Below, piece after piece: positions 1-10,600 of a stretch of DNA of 34,362 bases. A program made the translations under genes and the position numbers. The notes below the pieces were generated by a model that was not told where the DNA came from, searched no databases, and saw nothing but the letters and a program-made list of their open reading frames with translations. Positions within the stretch are counted from its first letter, which is position 1, and each line of letters begins with the position of its first letter. The DNA comes from Chloroflexota bacterium. Its GTDB lineage: Bacteria; Chloroflexota; Limnocylindria; Limnocylindrales; CSP1-4. Where the stretch lies: assembly GCA_003156975.1 (NCBI GenBank), contig PMIE01000082.1, positions 88,978 to 123,339 of the forward strand, given 5' to 3'.

Positions 1-288
1 GGCTGAGGCGATCGGGCTAGGTCCCATGACCGGGTGCCGCGCGTCAACGGTCGTTCTCCACGGTGACGAAGGGCACCGTCCGAAGGGACTCGGAGCGCTT
101 GGCCCCATCGGCGGGAGGCTCGGGCGCTGCGGTCGGAAAGGTGCGTTTGAGGGCGGTTAGGGTGCCTTGCGATGGGCCTTACAACGCCCGTCGAGCCTCC
201 CTCGATCCATTCAATCTGCGTAAGGGTCCTGGGTGGCAGGACCGCCGTACCATTGCTCCCTCCCCCCTGCCGTCCCATCCTCGCTCCT

Positions 289-2037
289 ATGACGGACGCT
301 ACTGTCCAGCGCCCCGGCCGACTCCACATCAGTTTGATCGTGGCGTTGCCGTTGACGCTGCTACTCCTGGCCCTTGCCGTAGGGACTGCAGCCGGCCACT
401 CGACGAAGAACCGGTTCTCCGCAGCGGCGATTTCACCGAACCCCGCGGTTGTCGGCGCGGCCGTTTCCTTCGGTGTGACGTACACCGGACGCAATGCGCC
501 CAAGTCCGTCTCGGTCGTGATCGATGGCGTTGCCACGGCGATGACGGGCAGCGGATCCGACTACTCCCACGGCGTCAGGTTCAGCGCCACGGCCAAACCG
601 GCAGTCGGCACGCATGAGATCTACTTCCGCGCCGTCGATGCCGATGGCGATGGCGATTCTCAAAAGTCCGAAGCCGTGAGCCTGGTCATCAAGCCGGCTG
701 CCGCGCCGACTCCGGCCCCAACCCGAAAGCCGACCCCCAAGCCAACGCCGAAGCCAACCGCACACCCCGCCATCACTCCGGCCCCGAGCCCGGCTCGTGG
801 CCCCGCCACATCTGAGCCTCGCACCGATGGCGGAGCCACAAATCCCGAACCAACCAGCACCGCGCCCGGTGGTGTCTTTACCAGCCCCGCACCGGGTTCC
901 GGCGGGCTTGCGGCCGGGCCCGGCGACCAGGGCACGCCTACCGCTCCTATGGCAAATGCCGTCGGCCCGGCCGGTGCGGTCGGCGACCTGACCGCGTATC
1001 AGCTAACCAAGGGTGCCTCCGGTCGTGAGTTGCCCGCGGCCGTGGTGGCCAACCTGTATCGCAGTCGAACGGCGTCGCTCGATCAGCTTGTGACCGAGCT
1101 CCTGCCCACCATCGCCACTGCCAGTGCGGGGGCGGCAGCCTGGGCGGCGTTCGCCTTCTTCGGCAAGCGGCGACGTGACGATGACGAGACGGACGACGGG
1201 CTCCTCGCCGCGGCGGCCGGAGTCGGGTACGAAGCCGACGCCGCTCCCGGCCTGGAGGCCGTCGATGAGTCGCTCTTGCCGCGCTGGCGAAGGCCCTCGC
1301 TGCAACAAGTTCGCCGCACGGACCCGCTCCGAGCCGCCGAGGCTGCGCCGAGCCTTTCCTTCGAGTCCGCCGGCGTCCGGCCGCTCGAGAACTTCGAACG
1401 CCGGAATATCGGTTACAGGCTGGTCCGCCTCCTCGACTCGCCGGACGAGTTCCGCTCCCGGGAGATTGGCATTCTCGACCAGGGTGACGAAGTCCAGCTG
1501 CTGCAGCGCCACGGCGTCTATTGGCTGATCCTGTGCCCGGATGGCCGGCAGGGCTGGATCCACCGGATGACGCTGGCCGATCCGGCCCGTGCTGCGATGC
1601 TGCAGGACGAGTTGGATCCAATGCCGCAATACATGGACGATGTCCCGGAGCCGGAGGTCGAGGCCTACCCTGAAGAACCGGGCAGCGATGGGCTGCTCGA
1701 GGCGTACATGATCGCCCGTCGGGACGTCCTACGGACCATGGCGGCCGACGAGTCGGACGCGCCCGAAGGGTCAAGCGACGCCTCAGCAACCTTCGCCGCG
1801 TTCCAGGGAGCTACCTTTGCGGCCCCAGTCGCCGACGTGCCGGCTCCTGTCGTCGAGGTCGCAGCCGATCCTGCGCCGGCTAGCCCCGTTCCGACCGTGG
1901 AGCCACCTTCCGCCGAGTCTCCCGCCGCAGAACCAGGACATGCTGGTGAGAAATATTCGGCACATAGGAATGCGGGTAGCCGTAAGGCCGCAACCGGGTC
2001 CCGGCCTGGTACCAGATCACGTCGCCCTTCACGGTGA
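289..2037 (+). CDS. Exported/membrane-anchored Pro-rich protein with a C-terminal SH3-like domain
   Basis: ORF track gives 172..2037; ATG 289 preferred because it is followed by a signal-peptide-like stretch (RLHISLIVALPLTLLLLALAVGTAAG). Then a beta-rich domain, a PTPK linker, a hydrophobic segment plus KRRR, and an SH3b-like pattern (IGILDQGDEVQLLQRHGVYWLILCPDGRQGWI). Confidence 0.7.
   Translation: MTDATVQRPGRLHISLIVALPLTLLLLALAVGTAAGHSTKNRFSAAAISPNPAVVGAAVSFGVTYTGRNAPKSVSVVIDGVATAMTGSGSDYSHGVRFSATAKPAVGTHEIYFRAVDADGDGDSQKSEAVSLVIKPAAAPTPAPTRKPTPKPTPKPTAHPAITPAPSPARGPATSEPRTDGGATNPEPTSTAPGGVFTSPAPGSGGLAAGPGDQGTPTAPMANAVGPAGAVGDLTAYQLTKGASGRELPAAVVANLYRSRTASLDQLVTELLPTIATASAGAAAWAAFAFFGKRRRDDDETDDGLLAAAAGVGYEADAAPGLEAVDESLLPRWRRPSLQQVRRTDPLRAAEAAPSLSFESAGVRPLENFERRNIGYRLVRLLDSPDEFRSREIGILDQGDEVQLLQRHGVYWLILCPDGRQGWIHRMTLADPARAAMLQDELDPMPQYMDDVPEPEVEAYPEEPGSDGLLEAYMIARRDVLRTMAADESDAPEGSSDASATFAAFQGATFAAPVADVPAPVVEVAADPAPASPVPTVEPPSAESPAAEPGHAGEKYSAHRNAGSRKAATGSRPGTRSRRPSR
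703..790 (+). repeat. Imperfect coding tandem repeat (PTPA/PTPK linker)
   Basis: Translates APTPAPTRKPTPKPTPKPTAHPAITPAPS with about 12-nt periodicity. Confidence 0.7.
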
Positions 2038-2812
2038 ACCCGGCCCGGGTCGCCCGGCCTGCCAGGTCCGATCCGGTGAAGATGTAGCGCCCCTCCTGGT
2101 AGGCATCGCGAACGATCACTGCCGCGTAGCGCTCCGGCCTCAGGACTCGCACGAGTTGCGCAAAGACCTCTTCCATGCGATCCAGGAAGGTGGCGTAGTC
2201 GGCGCTGTTGGCCAGATCGCCTGCGTGTTCGGTGATCATTGCGTAGTCGGTGCGGCGGTTCGCGTGCTCCTCCGCCAGCTTGCCGCCGGACATGGTGATC
2301 GGCAGCTGGATGTTGTACGGGGGATCCGTGGCGACGAAGTCGATGCTGTCGGACTCAAGCTCAGGCAGCAGCAGAAGCGAATCGCCCAATCGCATCTCCA
2401 AACCGGACGGGTCGAAGCCCCGTTCTCCGACCGGATCCGCCGAACCGATGTCCGCAAGCAGCGGTCCCAGGCCGCCCCGTTCGGCCTTGAGCTCCGCAAC
2501 GAGCGCCTCGAAGACCGCCACCCAACGTGGCTCGATCTCCAACCCGAGACCGCGCCGCGGGCCACGGGCGATCGCCGCTCCCAGGAGCGTCCCGCCGACG
2601 CCGGCGAACGGGTCCAGGACGAGTTCGCCCGTGGTGGTGAAGAACTCGATGAGGCGGGCCATGAGTCGGGGAGGCTTGTTTGCGCCGTGCTGCTTCCGCA
2701 CGGCGTGGCCGAGTTCGGACGGATAGGCCGTTCCCCAAACGGACTTGGTGAAGTAGAGCCACTCCTCGCCTGAAAGCTCGTTCAGGGTGTTGCCGGGGTG
2801 TCGTGGGCTCAT
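1880..2812 (-). CDS. Site-specific DNA methyltransferase (N6-adenine/N4-cytosine family), permuted motif order, orphan
   Basis: HGANKPPRLMARLI, SAM-binding VLDPFAGVGGT (motif I), catalytic ATDPPY (motif IV), RVLRPERY. TAAGCT -10-like box 6 nt upstream of the ATG. Confidence 0.85.
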   Translation of the reverse strand: MSPRHPGNTLNELSGEEWLYFTKSVWGTAYPSELGHAVRKQHGANKPPRLMARLIEFFTTTGELVLDPFAGVGGTLLGAAIARGPRRGLGLEIEPRWVAVFEALVAELKAERGGLGPLLADIGSADPVGERGFDPSGLEMRLGDSLLLLPELESDSIDFVATDPPYNIQLPITMSGGKLAEEHANRRTDYAMITEHAGDLANSADYATFLDRMEEVFAQLVRVLRPERYAAVIVRDAYQEGRYIFTGSDLAGRATRAGFTVKGDVIWYQAGTRLRPYGYPHSYVPNISHQHVLVLRRETRRKVAPRSERG

Positions 2813-2999
2813 CTGCCGAGCTTAGTGGGTATCCGCCGTCCACGTCTTGAATCCCGCCCGATCGGCCGGCCGGTCGGACGGCGGGTGCACCTGGTACGAA
2901 ATGGCTGCCCGCTCGGATGCTCTGGCCGGTTACCCTTGACAGCATCGAGGGGAAGATAAGGTGCCGCTCTGTGCGGCGCCGGCTCTGGGACCTCGACAT

Positions 3000-5900
3000 A
3001 TGGCTGCGACAATTCACGACCGAGGCGGCGCGGGCCGCACTTTTGACGGGCGCTCGCCGCATAAGCGGCTCTGGAGCGACCGCTTCGTCGGTCGTGAGCG
3101 GCAGCTGGAACGAATCGCCATCGGGCTGCAGAACGTCGCCGACGGCAAGCCGACCGCCCTGGTGCTGTCGGGTGCAGCGGGTACCGGCCTGACGCGCCTG
3201 CTCGGCGAAACGCGGCGGCGCGTCGAATCGCTGGCCGAGCCGTTCGCCACGGTCCACGGCGTGGCCATGCCGGCCACCTCCGGCGTCCCATATGCGCCGG
3301 TGTCGGCCGCGCTCGAACGTCTGCTTGCGCCGCTCTCCGATGAGACGCTCGCGGCACTCGTTGGACCCACCGGCGATGCCATTGCGCGGCTGGTGCCGGG
3401 ACTCTACCCCCGGCTCGAGCAGTTGGAACTGCTGCCCGATCGGCCGCGCATCGCCGCCACGGAATGGCGCGAAGCGCGCATGTTCGAAGCCGTCCTCGGT
3501 CTCCTGGAGCGGCTCGGGGAGCGCCAGCCGGTTGCCGTTCTGCTGGAGGACCTCCACTACGCCGATGCCGCCACTCGCGGACTGGCTACATTCCTCGCCC
3601 GCGTCACGCGGGGCCAGCGGGTCATGCTGATCGCTACCTACCAGCCCGATCGCCTGGGGCGGTCTCATCCGTTGCGGGCGACCCTGTCGACCCTGGCGGC
3701 CTCGCCCTCAGTCACCATCGCAGATGTGGAGCCGCTGGATCGGGCCGACCTCGGCCAGCTGATAGAGGCGATCGAGGGTGCGCGGCCATCGTCGACGACG
3801 CTTCTCCTGGTGGCCGAGCGTTCGCGCGGCAATCCGCTCGTCGCCGAAGAGTTGCTGGCCGCGCGTCGGGAGCTGCTCGGCGTGTCGCTGGCGGCAACAA
3901 TGGACCGGCTCGTCACGGCCCGGGCTTCGCTGCGCTCTCCGGAGTGTCGCCGTGTCCTCCGACTTCTATCGCTCACGGGCTCCATGGTCACCATACCGAC
4001 CCTCATGTCGATGGCGACGGAATTCGAGTCCAGGTCTACATCCCGGCCGCCCCGTTCCGCTTCGGCGGCGCGGCACGGCGACGCCATGGAATCGGATTTC
4101 GCGGATGGCGTGGCCGAGGCCCTGGAGCATGGCTTCCTGATCGAAACGTTCGACGGAGCCGGCGGTGCGGCCGGTGGCGGTTTGCGTGGGTGGGGCGGAG
4201 AGCAGGCCCGCGGAGACCCCCGGGGCGACCGGCAAACGAAGCCGAACTCGCCGAAAGAAGCCGCCCGCGGCGCGGCTGCGCGCCGGGCCGGCGGTGCAGC
4301 CGGGCGTCCCGAAGGTGGCCGTGCGCTCGGCCGCGCGGCCCGCCCAAGTTCCCGCTCGATCGCCCCGAGTGCCCCTGCGGAAACGACGGACGAGCGGCTC
4401 ATCGGCTTCCGGCACGAACTGATCGCCGAAGCTATCGCTGCGGACCTGTTGCCGGCAACTCGCCGTCGCTACCATTCCGCCCTCGCGGCGGCCCGTGGCA
4501 ACGCACCGAACCCGCAGCCGGCCGCTGCCCTGGATCACCACCTGGCTGCGTACGAACTGGTAGAGGCCGAGATCATGGCGCTCGACGCGGCGGCGGTCGC
4601 GGAAGGCCTGGATGCCGGGGCCGACGCTCTGGCCCACTACGAGACGGCTCTTAGTCTCCACGAGGTCGTTCGCCCTGGAGAGTCGGCGGCACGCCTCTCG
4701 GATCTGTATTTGCGATCCGCCGAGGCCGCCTTCGCGGCAGGGGATCCGGCTCGCGCTTCGGCATATGCCGAAGCCGCCGCCGCCACTCTCGACGATCCGC
4801 GCGAGAGGCCGGCTCTCGGCCTTGCGATGGAGCAACTCGGCGGGTACCGGCGAGCCTCCGGAGACCACGACGGAGCGCTCGTCGCCTACCGTCGCGCCGT
4901 GGAACTCGTGCCGCCGGAACCAAGCGCCGCCCGGGCTCGAGTTCTCGCGTCGCTCGCCCAGTTCCGCATGCTGGAGGGCGTCTTCTCCGAGGCGAAGCGC
5001 TACGCTCAGGAAGCGGTTGAGGTCGCCACGGCGGTCGGCGAAGAGGCGCGACAGGAGTTGCTCCACGCGACTTGTACTCTCGCCGTCGCCGATGCCTGGG
5101 GGGATGATCCCGAGCCGGCAGTCTGGAAGCTGCGGCAGACCCGCGATGAGGCGGCGGACCTCGGCCGCCTCGACGACCTCTTCCGGGTCTATGCGAACCT
5201 GACCACCGTCCTGGACCTTCTGGGTCGCCGCGAAGAGGCCATCGCGATCGCCTACGAAGGCATCGCCGAGGCGGAGCGGGCCGGTCAGGCCACGGTCTAC
5301 GGCAACTTCCTGCGCGCCAATGCAGCCGAGTCGCTCTTCTTCCTGGGCCGCTGGTCGGAGTGCCGCCGGCTCTGCATGGACGCCCTGAGCTGGAACCCGG
5401 TGGGCATCTGGTTCCTCTCGCCGCTCCACAACCTGGCCACTCTCGAGGTCGCGATGAGCGCCGGCGAGTCGGCCGGTCGGCTTCTCGGCCAGGAGTTGCT
5501 GGCCATCGAAACGGTCCAGGACCCGCAATTCTCCGTGCCTGCGCAGCAGACTGCGGCGGAGTACGCGCTCTGGCAGGAAGATCTCATCGACGCTCATAAG
5601 GCCGCGGATCGTGGTTGGCTTCGGGTCAGCGACACCGAAGACTGGCTGCTGATGGCCCGCATGGCCGCCACCTACCTCGAGGTGGACGCGACCGTCGCCC
5701 AGGATGCCCATCGGCGCCGCGACTTTGCCGCCCTGGCCGCTGCCCGTGAGCGGAGCCTGCCGGTCATGCTCCGTGCCGAGGCGGTGGTACGAGCATGCGG
5801 AGTCTCTCCGGCGACGGGGTCGAGGCGCCAGGCGGATCTGGCGATCAGGACCGCCCGAGCCTACCGATGCCGTGTCGAGAGTCGCGATGACGCCGCGACA

Positions 5901-6542
5901 TGGAGCCAGTTGGCGGTCGACTGGGCCGATCTGGGCGACCCGTACCAGGCTGCGCGAGCGCGGTGGCGGGAGGCTGAGGCGCTGCTCGATCAGGCCAAGG
6001 GGCGATCCACTCGGACCGTGGCCCGCGAGCCCCTCACCGCTGCCGCCGAGGCAGCCTTCAAGCTCGGGGCCTGGCCGCTCCTTCGAGCCGTTGCCGAACT
6101 ATCGCGGCGGGCAATGCTGCCACTCCCCAAGGAGATCGAGAAGGCGCTCGAGAGCCGTCTCGAACCGGTCACGCGGCCGACCAGAGCGGCCGGTCGTCCA
6201 GGGGCGCCGGCCCGATCGGGCCTCCAGACCGGTGTCGCTGTGAGCCAGGATCCAGGCGGCTCGGCAGGATCGGCGCCGCGGTCGGACCTCGGCGTAGTGG
6301 CCGACTTCGCCTCCTCGTCGAGTCAGCCGGCGCAGCACGACTTCGGTCTGAGCAAGAGGGAGTTGGAAGTCCTGGCTCTCATCGCGGAGGGTCGCAGCAA
6401 CCCGGAGATCGGCCGTCGGCTCTTCATTACCCGCAAGACCGTTGCCGTCCACGTCAGCAACATCCTGACCAAACTCGGCGTGTCCGGCCGTGTCGAGGCC
6501 GCGGCCGCTGCGATCCGCCTGAATATCGCCGATCAGGGGTAG
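3000..6542 (+). CDS. Large ATP-binding LuxR-family (LAL) transcriptional regulator: AAA-like ATPase + helical/TPR region + LuxR HTH
   Basis: FVGRERQLE, Walker A-like GAAGTGLT, Walker [14 protein letters not shown] motif, C-terminal [47 protein letters not shown] 3000 preferred over 2961. Confidence 0.9.
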   Translation: MAATIHDRGGAGRTFDGRSPHKRLWSDRFVGRERQLERIAIGLQNVADGKPTALVLSGAAGTGLTRLLGETRRRVESLAEPFATVHGVAMPATSGVPYAPVSAALERLLAPLSDETLAALVGPTGDAIARLVPGLYPRLEQLELLPDRPRIAATEWREARMFEAVLGLLERLGERQPVAVLLEDLHYADAATRGLATFLARVTRGQRVMLIATYQPDRLGRSHPLRATLSTLAASPSVTIADVEPLDRADLGQLIEAIEGARPSSTTLLLVAERSRGNPLVAEELLAARRELLGVSLAATMDRLVTARASLRSPECRRVLRLLSLTGSMVTIPTLMSMATEFESRSTSRPPRSASAARHGDAMESDFADGVAEALEHGFLIETFDGAGGAAGGGLRGWGGEQARGDPRGDRQTKPNSPKEAARGAAARRAGGAAGRPEGGRALGRAARPSSRSIAPSAPAETTDERLIGFRHELIAEAIAADLLPATRRRYHSALAAARGNAPNPQPAAALDHHLAAYELVEAEIMALDAAAVAEGLDAGADALAHYETALSLHEVVRPGESAARLSDLYLRSAEAAFAAGDPARASAYAEAAAATLDDPRERPALGLAMEQLGGYRRASGDHDGALVAYRRAVELVPPEPSAARARVLASLAQFRMLEGVFSEAKRYAQEAVEVATAVGEEARQELLHATCTLAVADAWGDDPEPAVWKLRQTRDEAADLGRLDDLFRVYANLTTVLDLLGRREEAIAIAYEGIAEAERAGQATVYGNFLRANAAESLFFLGRWSECRRLCMDALSWNPVGIWFLSPLHNLATLEVAMSAGESAGRLLGQELLAIETVQDPQFSVPAQQTAAEYALWQEDLIDAHKAADRGWLRVSDTEDWLLMARMAATYLEVDATVAQDAHRRRDFAALAAARERSLPVMLRAEAVVRACGVSPATGSRRQADLAIRTARAYRCRVESRDDAATWSQLAVDWADLGDPYQAARARWREAEALLDQAKGRSTRTVAREPLTAAAEAAFKLGAWPLLRAVAELSRRAMLPLPKEIEKALESRLEPVTRPTRAAGRPGAPARSGLQTGVAVSQDPGGSAGSAPRSDLGVVADFASSSSQPAQHDFGLSKRELEVLALIAEGRSNPEIGRRLFITRKTVAVHVSNILTKLGVSGRVEAAAAAIRLNIADQG

Positions 6543-6572
6543 GGCGTTCAGCCTGGAGGGCGCCCGAGCAGC

Positions 6573-6603
6573 AAGAAACCCGGACGGTGCGTCCGGGTCT
6601 CTT
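6573..6603. terminator. Probable bidirectional intrinsic terminator
   Basis: aagaa-acccggacg-gtg-cgtccgggt-ctctt: 9-bp stem with pyrimidine tails on both strands, between convergent ORFs. Confidence 0.75.
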
Positions 6604-6617
6604 AGAGTGGGTCCGGT

Positions 6618-6686
6618 CTACCAGCGCCTACCGAGGATGATCACGACGAGCGCCAGAGTGATCGGAGCCAGGTCACTTAGTTCCAC
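6618..6686 (-). CDS. Small hydrophobic peptide, 22 aa (MELSDLAPITLALVVIILGRRW)
   Basis: AAGGAG SD (6698-6693) 6 nt before the GTG; single TM-like stretch followed by RRW; promoter-like TTGCGG-N18-TAGGGT upstream; terminator just after the stop. Below the ORF-track size cut-off. Confidence 0.7.
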   Translation of the reverse strand: MELSDLAPITLALVVIILGRRW

Positions 6687-6743
6687 GGCCGACTCCTTGG
6701 TGATTGTTCCGAGTGCAGCGCGTGAGCCGCCTGCAGCATCTCA

Positions 6744-6773
6744 ACCCTAACTCTGCCGCCGCGCATTCCGCAA
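6744..6773 (-). promoter_or_regulatory. Putative sigma70-type promoter for the small peptide gene
   Basis: Minus strand TTGCGG (6773-6768), 18-nt spacer, TAGGGT (6749-6744). Confidence 0.45.
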
Positions 6774-6957
6774 TCGGCATTCTGTACGGTCGGGTCCCTG
6801 CCGAACTTACGGCTGGTACCGGGTGCCGCCTCCCGAACGAACTAGGTAAGTCGGCCAATGCCGGCCATCCAGATCGGCCGCGTTTCCGGCTATTACACTG
6901 CGACAATCCGGGCGACCGGTTGAGCCGGCTTCGTGCGATTGTTCGAGGTGAAGCGGC

Positions 6958-7644
6958 GTGTCGACTGATATCTCGTTCCAGTTCGACCTTCTATTGCGGC
7001 TGCTTGCCGCAGCTCTGCTCGGAGCCGGACTTGGGCTCGAGCGCGAGATCCACGGCCATCAGGCCGGCATGCGGACCCATATGCTCGTCGCACTTGGATC
7101 TGCGCTATTCACCGTCCTGTCGATCTACGGCTTTCCGCAGATGCCGGGTACGGCCGCAACAGACACGAGCCGCATCTCCGCCCAGGTCGTGACGGGCATC
7201 GGATTTCTCGGCGCCGGAGCGATCATCAAATACGGCACCAGCATTCGCGGCCTGACCACCGCGGCGAGCCTGTGGGTCGTGGCCTCGATCGGTCTTGCGG
7301 CGGGCGCCGGGGCGTACTTCCTTGCGATCGCCGGCACACTGATAGCGCTGGTGGCCCTGTGGCCGGCCAACGTGATAATCGACAAGCTGGCACTCAGGGG
7401 CGGTCGATTGCTTCGTCTTGAGCTCGACCTCAAGAGGCTCGCCGCCTTTGCCGGCGTGTCCCAGGTTCTGCTCGCTCATCACGTCGAGATCGTCAGGGTC
7501 GCCAGTGAGAGGTCGAAGGACGGCCACCTGATGATTCTCGAGGTGCGACTGCTCAACACGGGCCAGAGGCATTCGGTCCTGGCCGAGGTGGATGCCGTCC
7601 CAGGCGTCGAGGTCAGGACGGTCAATCAGGCCGAAGAGGCCTGA
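6958..7644 (+). CDS. mgtC: MgtC/SapB family membrane protein with C-terminal ACT-like domain
   Basis: GLERE..GHQAGMRTH, SRISAQVVTGIGFLGAGAI, IRGLTTAASLW motifs; GAGGTG SD before the GTG. Confidence 0.9.
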   Translation: MSTDISFQFDLLLRLLAAALLGAGLGLEREIHGHQAGMRTHMLVALGSALFTVLSIYGFPQMPGTAATDTSRISAQVVTGIGFLGAGAIIKYGTSIRGLTTAASLWVVASIGLAAGAGAYFLAIAGTLIALVALWPANVIIDKLALRGGRLLRLELDLKRLAAFAGVSQVLLAHHVEIVRVASERSKDGHLMILEVRLLNTGQRHSVLAEVDAVPGVEVRTVNQAEEA

Positions 7645-7670
7645 GCCTACCGCGAGCGTCGCGCCGGCCG

Positions 7671-10600
7671 TCAGTCGGCAGTGACCTCCGAGATGGCCTT
7701 ATCGACTGCGGCCAGGAGCGCTTCGGCCGTGAATGGCTTGGCCAGGAACTCGATGTCGGGCTCGAGAACTCCGTCGCGGACGATGCCCTTGTCGGTGTGG
7801 CCGGACATATACAGAACTCGGATACCGGGCTGGGCGGAGGACAGTTTCAGGGCCACATCGCGACCGCTCATGCCAGGCATTACGACATCGGTCAGCAGCA
7901 GCTGGACGGTACCGTGAGCCGATGCCTCGACGGCGGCGTTTCCGTCTGGTGCGACCAGGACGCGATACCCGGCGGCCTCGAGGACACGGCTCGCAAATCG
8001 TCTGACGCCGTTATCGTCCTCGACGACGAGGATGGTGCCCGTTCGGCTGCCTCGTGCCGCCGTCTCCTGCATCACCTCCGCAGCCACCTGGCGGGCGGCC
8101 TCGACGCGCGGCAAACTGACTGTGAAGGTGGATCCGCGGCCCAACTCGCTCCTGGCCGTAACGGTGCCGCCCGACTGCCGGACGATGCCGTAGACCGTGG
8201 CCAGGCCGAGGCCGGTCCCCTTGCCTGGACCCTTGGTCGTGAAGAACGGCTCGAAGAGGTGCCCCAGCGTCTCCGGGCTCATACCGACGCCCGTGTCGGT
8301 AACCGAGAGGGTGGTAATCGGCCCATGGAGGCCTGCCTCGGCATCGGCCTCGGCATCGGCACCAGCCTCTGCCGGCGCGACTTCGATGGTCACCTTGCCG
8401 CCGTCGGGCATTGCATCTCGGGCATTGACCGCGAGATTGACGATGATCTGCTCCAGCTGTCCGGGATCGGCCAGCACATGGCACGCGGTCTTCGGGACAA
8501 GGGTCGCCAGAGAGACGTCTTCGCCGATAATCCGGCGAAGCATTGGGCCCAGACGTCTGACGATCTCGCCCAGATCGACGACTTCCGGCTGCAGAACCGT
8601 CCGTCGAGCGAACGCCAGGAGCTGCCGGGTAAGGCCGGCGGCTCTGTCCGCCGCTTGCTCAATCTGCTCGAGGTCCTCGCGCGCACCTGCGCCGGGTGGC
8701 AGCTCGGCCAGAGCAAGGCTGGCGCTGCCTCGAATCGCGGTCAGGAGATTGTTGAAGTCGTGGGCGATTCCACCGGCAAGCTGGCCGATCCCCTCCATCT
8801 TCTGGGCCTGGCGAAGCTGGTCCTCCAATGCTTCTCGGACCTTTTCCGCCTTCTTCCGCTCGGATGCGTCGCGGGCGATGCCCAGGATTGCGGGCTGGCC
8901 TCCGAGATCCAGCATGGTCGCGATCATCTCGACCGGAAAGACCGTTCCGTCGCGCCCAACGTGTGAGGTCTCGAAGGCCAGGCTGCCCTTCTCCCGGGTT
9001 GCCGCGATTCTCTCTGCGATCGCCGCCGCTTCTCCCGGCAGACTGATGTCGGCCAGGGATAGTCCGAGAAGCTCTCCCTTCCCGTAGCCGAGCCGTTCGC
9101 AGGCGGTCTGGTTGGCCTCCATGATGCGGCCACTTGTCTCGCTGATGAAGATGGCATCGCCGGCACTCTCGAACAGGGCCCGGAACCTCTCCTCCGATTG
9201 CCGCAGGGCCTTCTCGGCTTCGTAGCGGTCCGAGATATTCAGACCGGCTGTGACGACGCCGACAACCTCGCCCTTCGTAGACCGAAGAGGGGCCTTGGTG
9301 AGGACATGGTGCTGAACCGTGCCGTCCGAGAAGCGCAGGTCCGCCTCGTATGTCTGGGTGGTCTCCCGCTCGAGGACCAGGCGGTCGTACTCCGCGCTCA
9401 GATCCGGCTCGGGTTGGCCCAGCTCGCGGTACGTCTTGCCCAGAATGCCCTCGGCTGGACCTCCCTGGGCGGTCACGAATGCGGCGTTGGCCAGCACGAT
9501 TCGCCCGTCCGTGTCCTTCGCCAGGATCGGAATCGGAACAGCGTCGAGGAGCTCTTGCATGAGCCGAGTCTGCTTCTGAAGGGCCTCCTCAGATTGGCGG
9601 CGCTCGGTGACGTCACGCTGCACCGTGAGGATCGCCGGACGGCCCCGGAATTCGATCCTCCGGGAAACGATCTCGGTCGGGATCAGCGTGCCGTCACGCC
9701 GGAGATGGTCGATTTCGAAGAGGGCGATGCCCGCCTCCATGATCGAGGCCACGCGCGCAGGCAGGAGCGTTGCGGATTCTGGACTGTCAATGTCCGATAT
9801 GGACATGGACAGCAATTCCTCGCGCGAGTAGCCGAGTCGCTCGCAAAGCATGCGGTTGACTTCGATGAATGCACCGCTCGGGTCGTAGATGGCCACGCCG
9901 TCGCCGACGCCGTCGAAGATCGTGCGGAACTGCTCTTCCGATCGACGCAGAGCCTCGTCCATCTCATGCCGGGCGGTGATGTCCTGCATGGACGAGACGA
10001 CGCCAATGATGTTGCCGACGGCGTCCCGGTGTGGACGGTTCGTCTGGACGACCCAGCCCCGCCGGCCGGTTTGAGGTACCACGTACTCGAATTCGCGGGA
10101 AGTTGGCGCTTCGCCCCTCAGGGCTCTCTCGAGGTCCTCGCCAACGCCAGCCGCCATGATTTCCGGGAATAGTTCCCATGCGTTCCGGCCGAGAACCTGG
10201 CCGGCAGACAACCCGGTCAGACCCTCCATCACAGGATTCCAGAGGACGTACCGAAGCTCGTTGTCGCAGACGATGATCCCGTCACCGGCGCTGGCGACGA
10301 TCGTCTCGATGAAGTCGTTGCGTTCGCGGATGGCGGCTTCGGAGCGCCTCGCTTCCGTGACGTCATCGATCATTGCCACCACGAGGGCCGGTCCGACGCG
10401 CGAGAGACGGATGAGGGCATAGCGGTCCGTGACGGCGCCGTGGGTCTCGAATTGCGCCGGCTTGCCGGTGGCGGCGACATGCCTCACCTTCTTGAAAATC
10501 GCCGGCCGGATATTGGGGCGTAACTCGAGAGCCAGCCGGCCCACAAGTCGATCAGCCTTGAGGCCGGTCAACGTCTCAAATGCCGGATTGACGTCGACAA

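Noticed and set aside
77-100. Shared CGTCCGAAGGG...GAGCG string with 24528-24546
   Set aside because: Only about 11 nt identical, in different structural contexts; compatible with chance.
3966-5711. Long antisense/alternate-frame ORFs (also 2361-3668, 7797-8966, 25557-26879, 26141-27469, 29257-30564)
   Set aside because: Shadow ORFs of well-supported genes, caused by stop-codon scarcity at high GC.
6690-6957. M-box (ykoK) Mg2+ riboswitch upstream of mgtC
   Set aside because: The conserved M-box core (e.g. UAGGUGAGGCU) is not recognisable.
8336-8373. 12-nt tandem repeat gcctcggcatcg
   Set aside because: Short in-frame AEAD linker expansion inside the kinase ATPase domain; not CRISPR or a mobile repeat.
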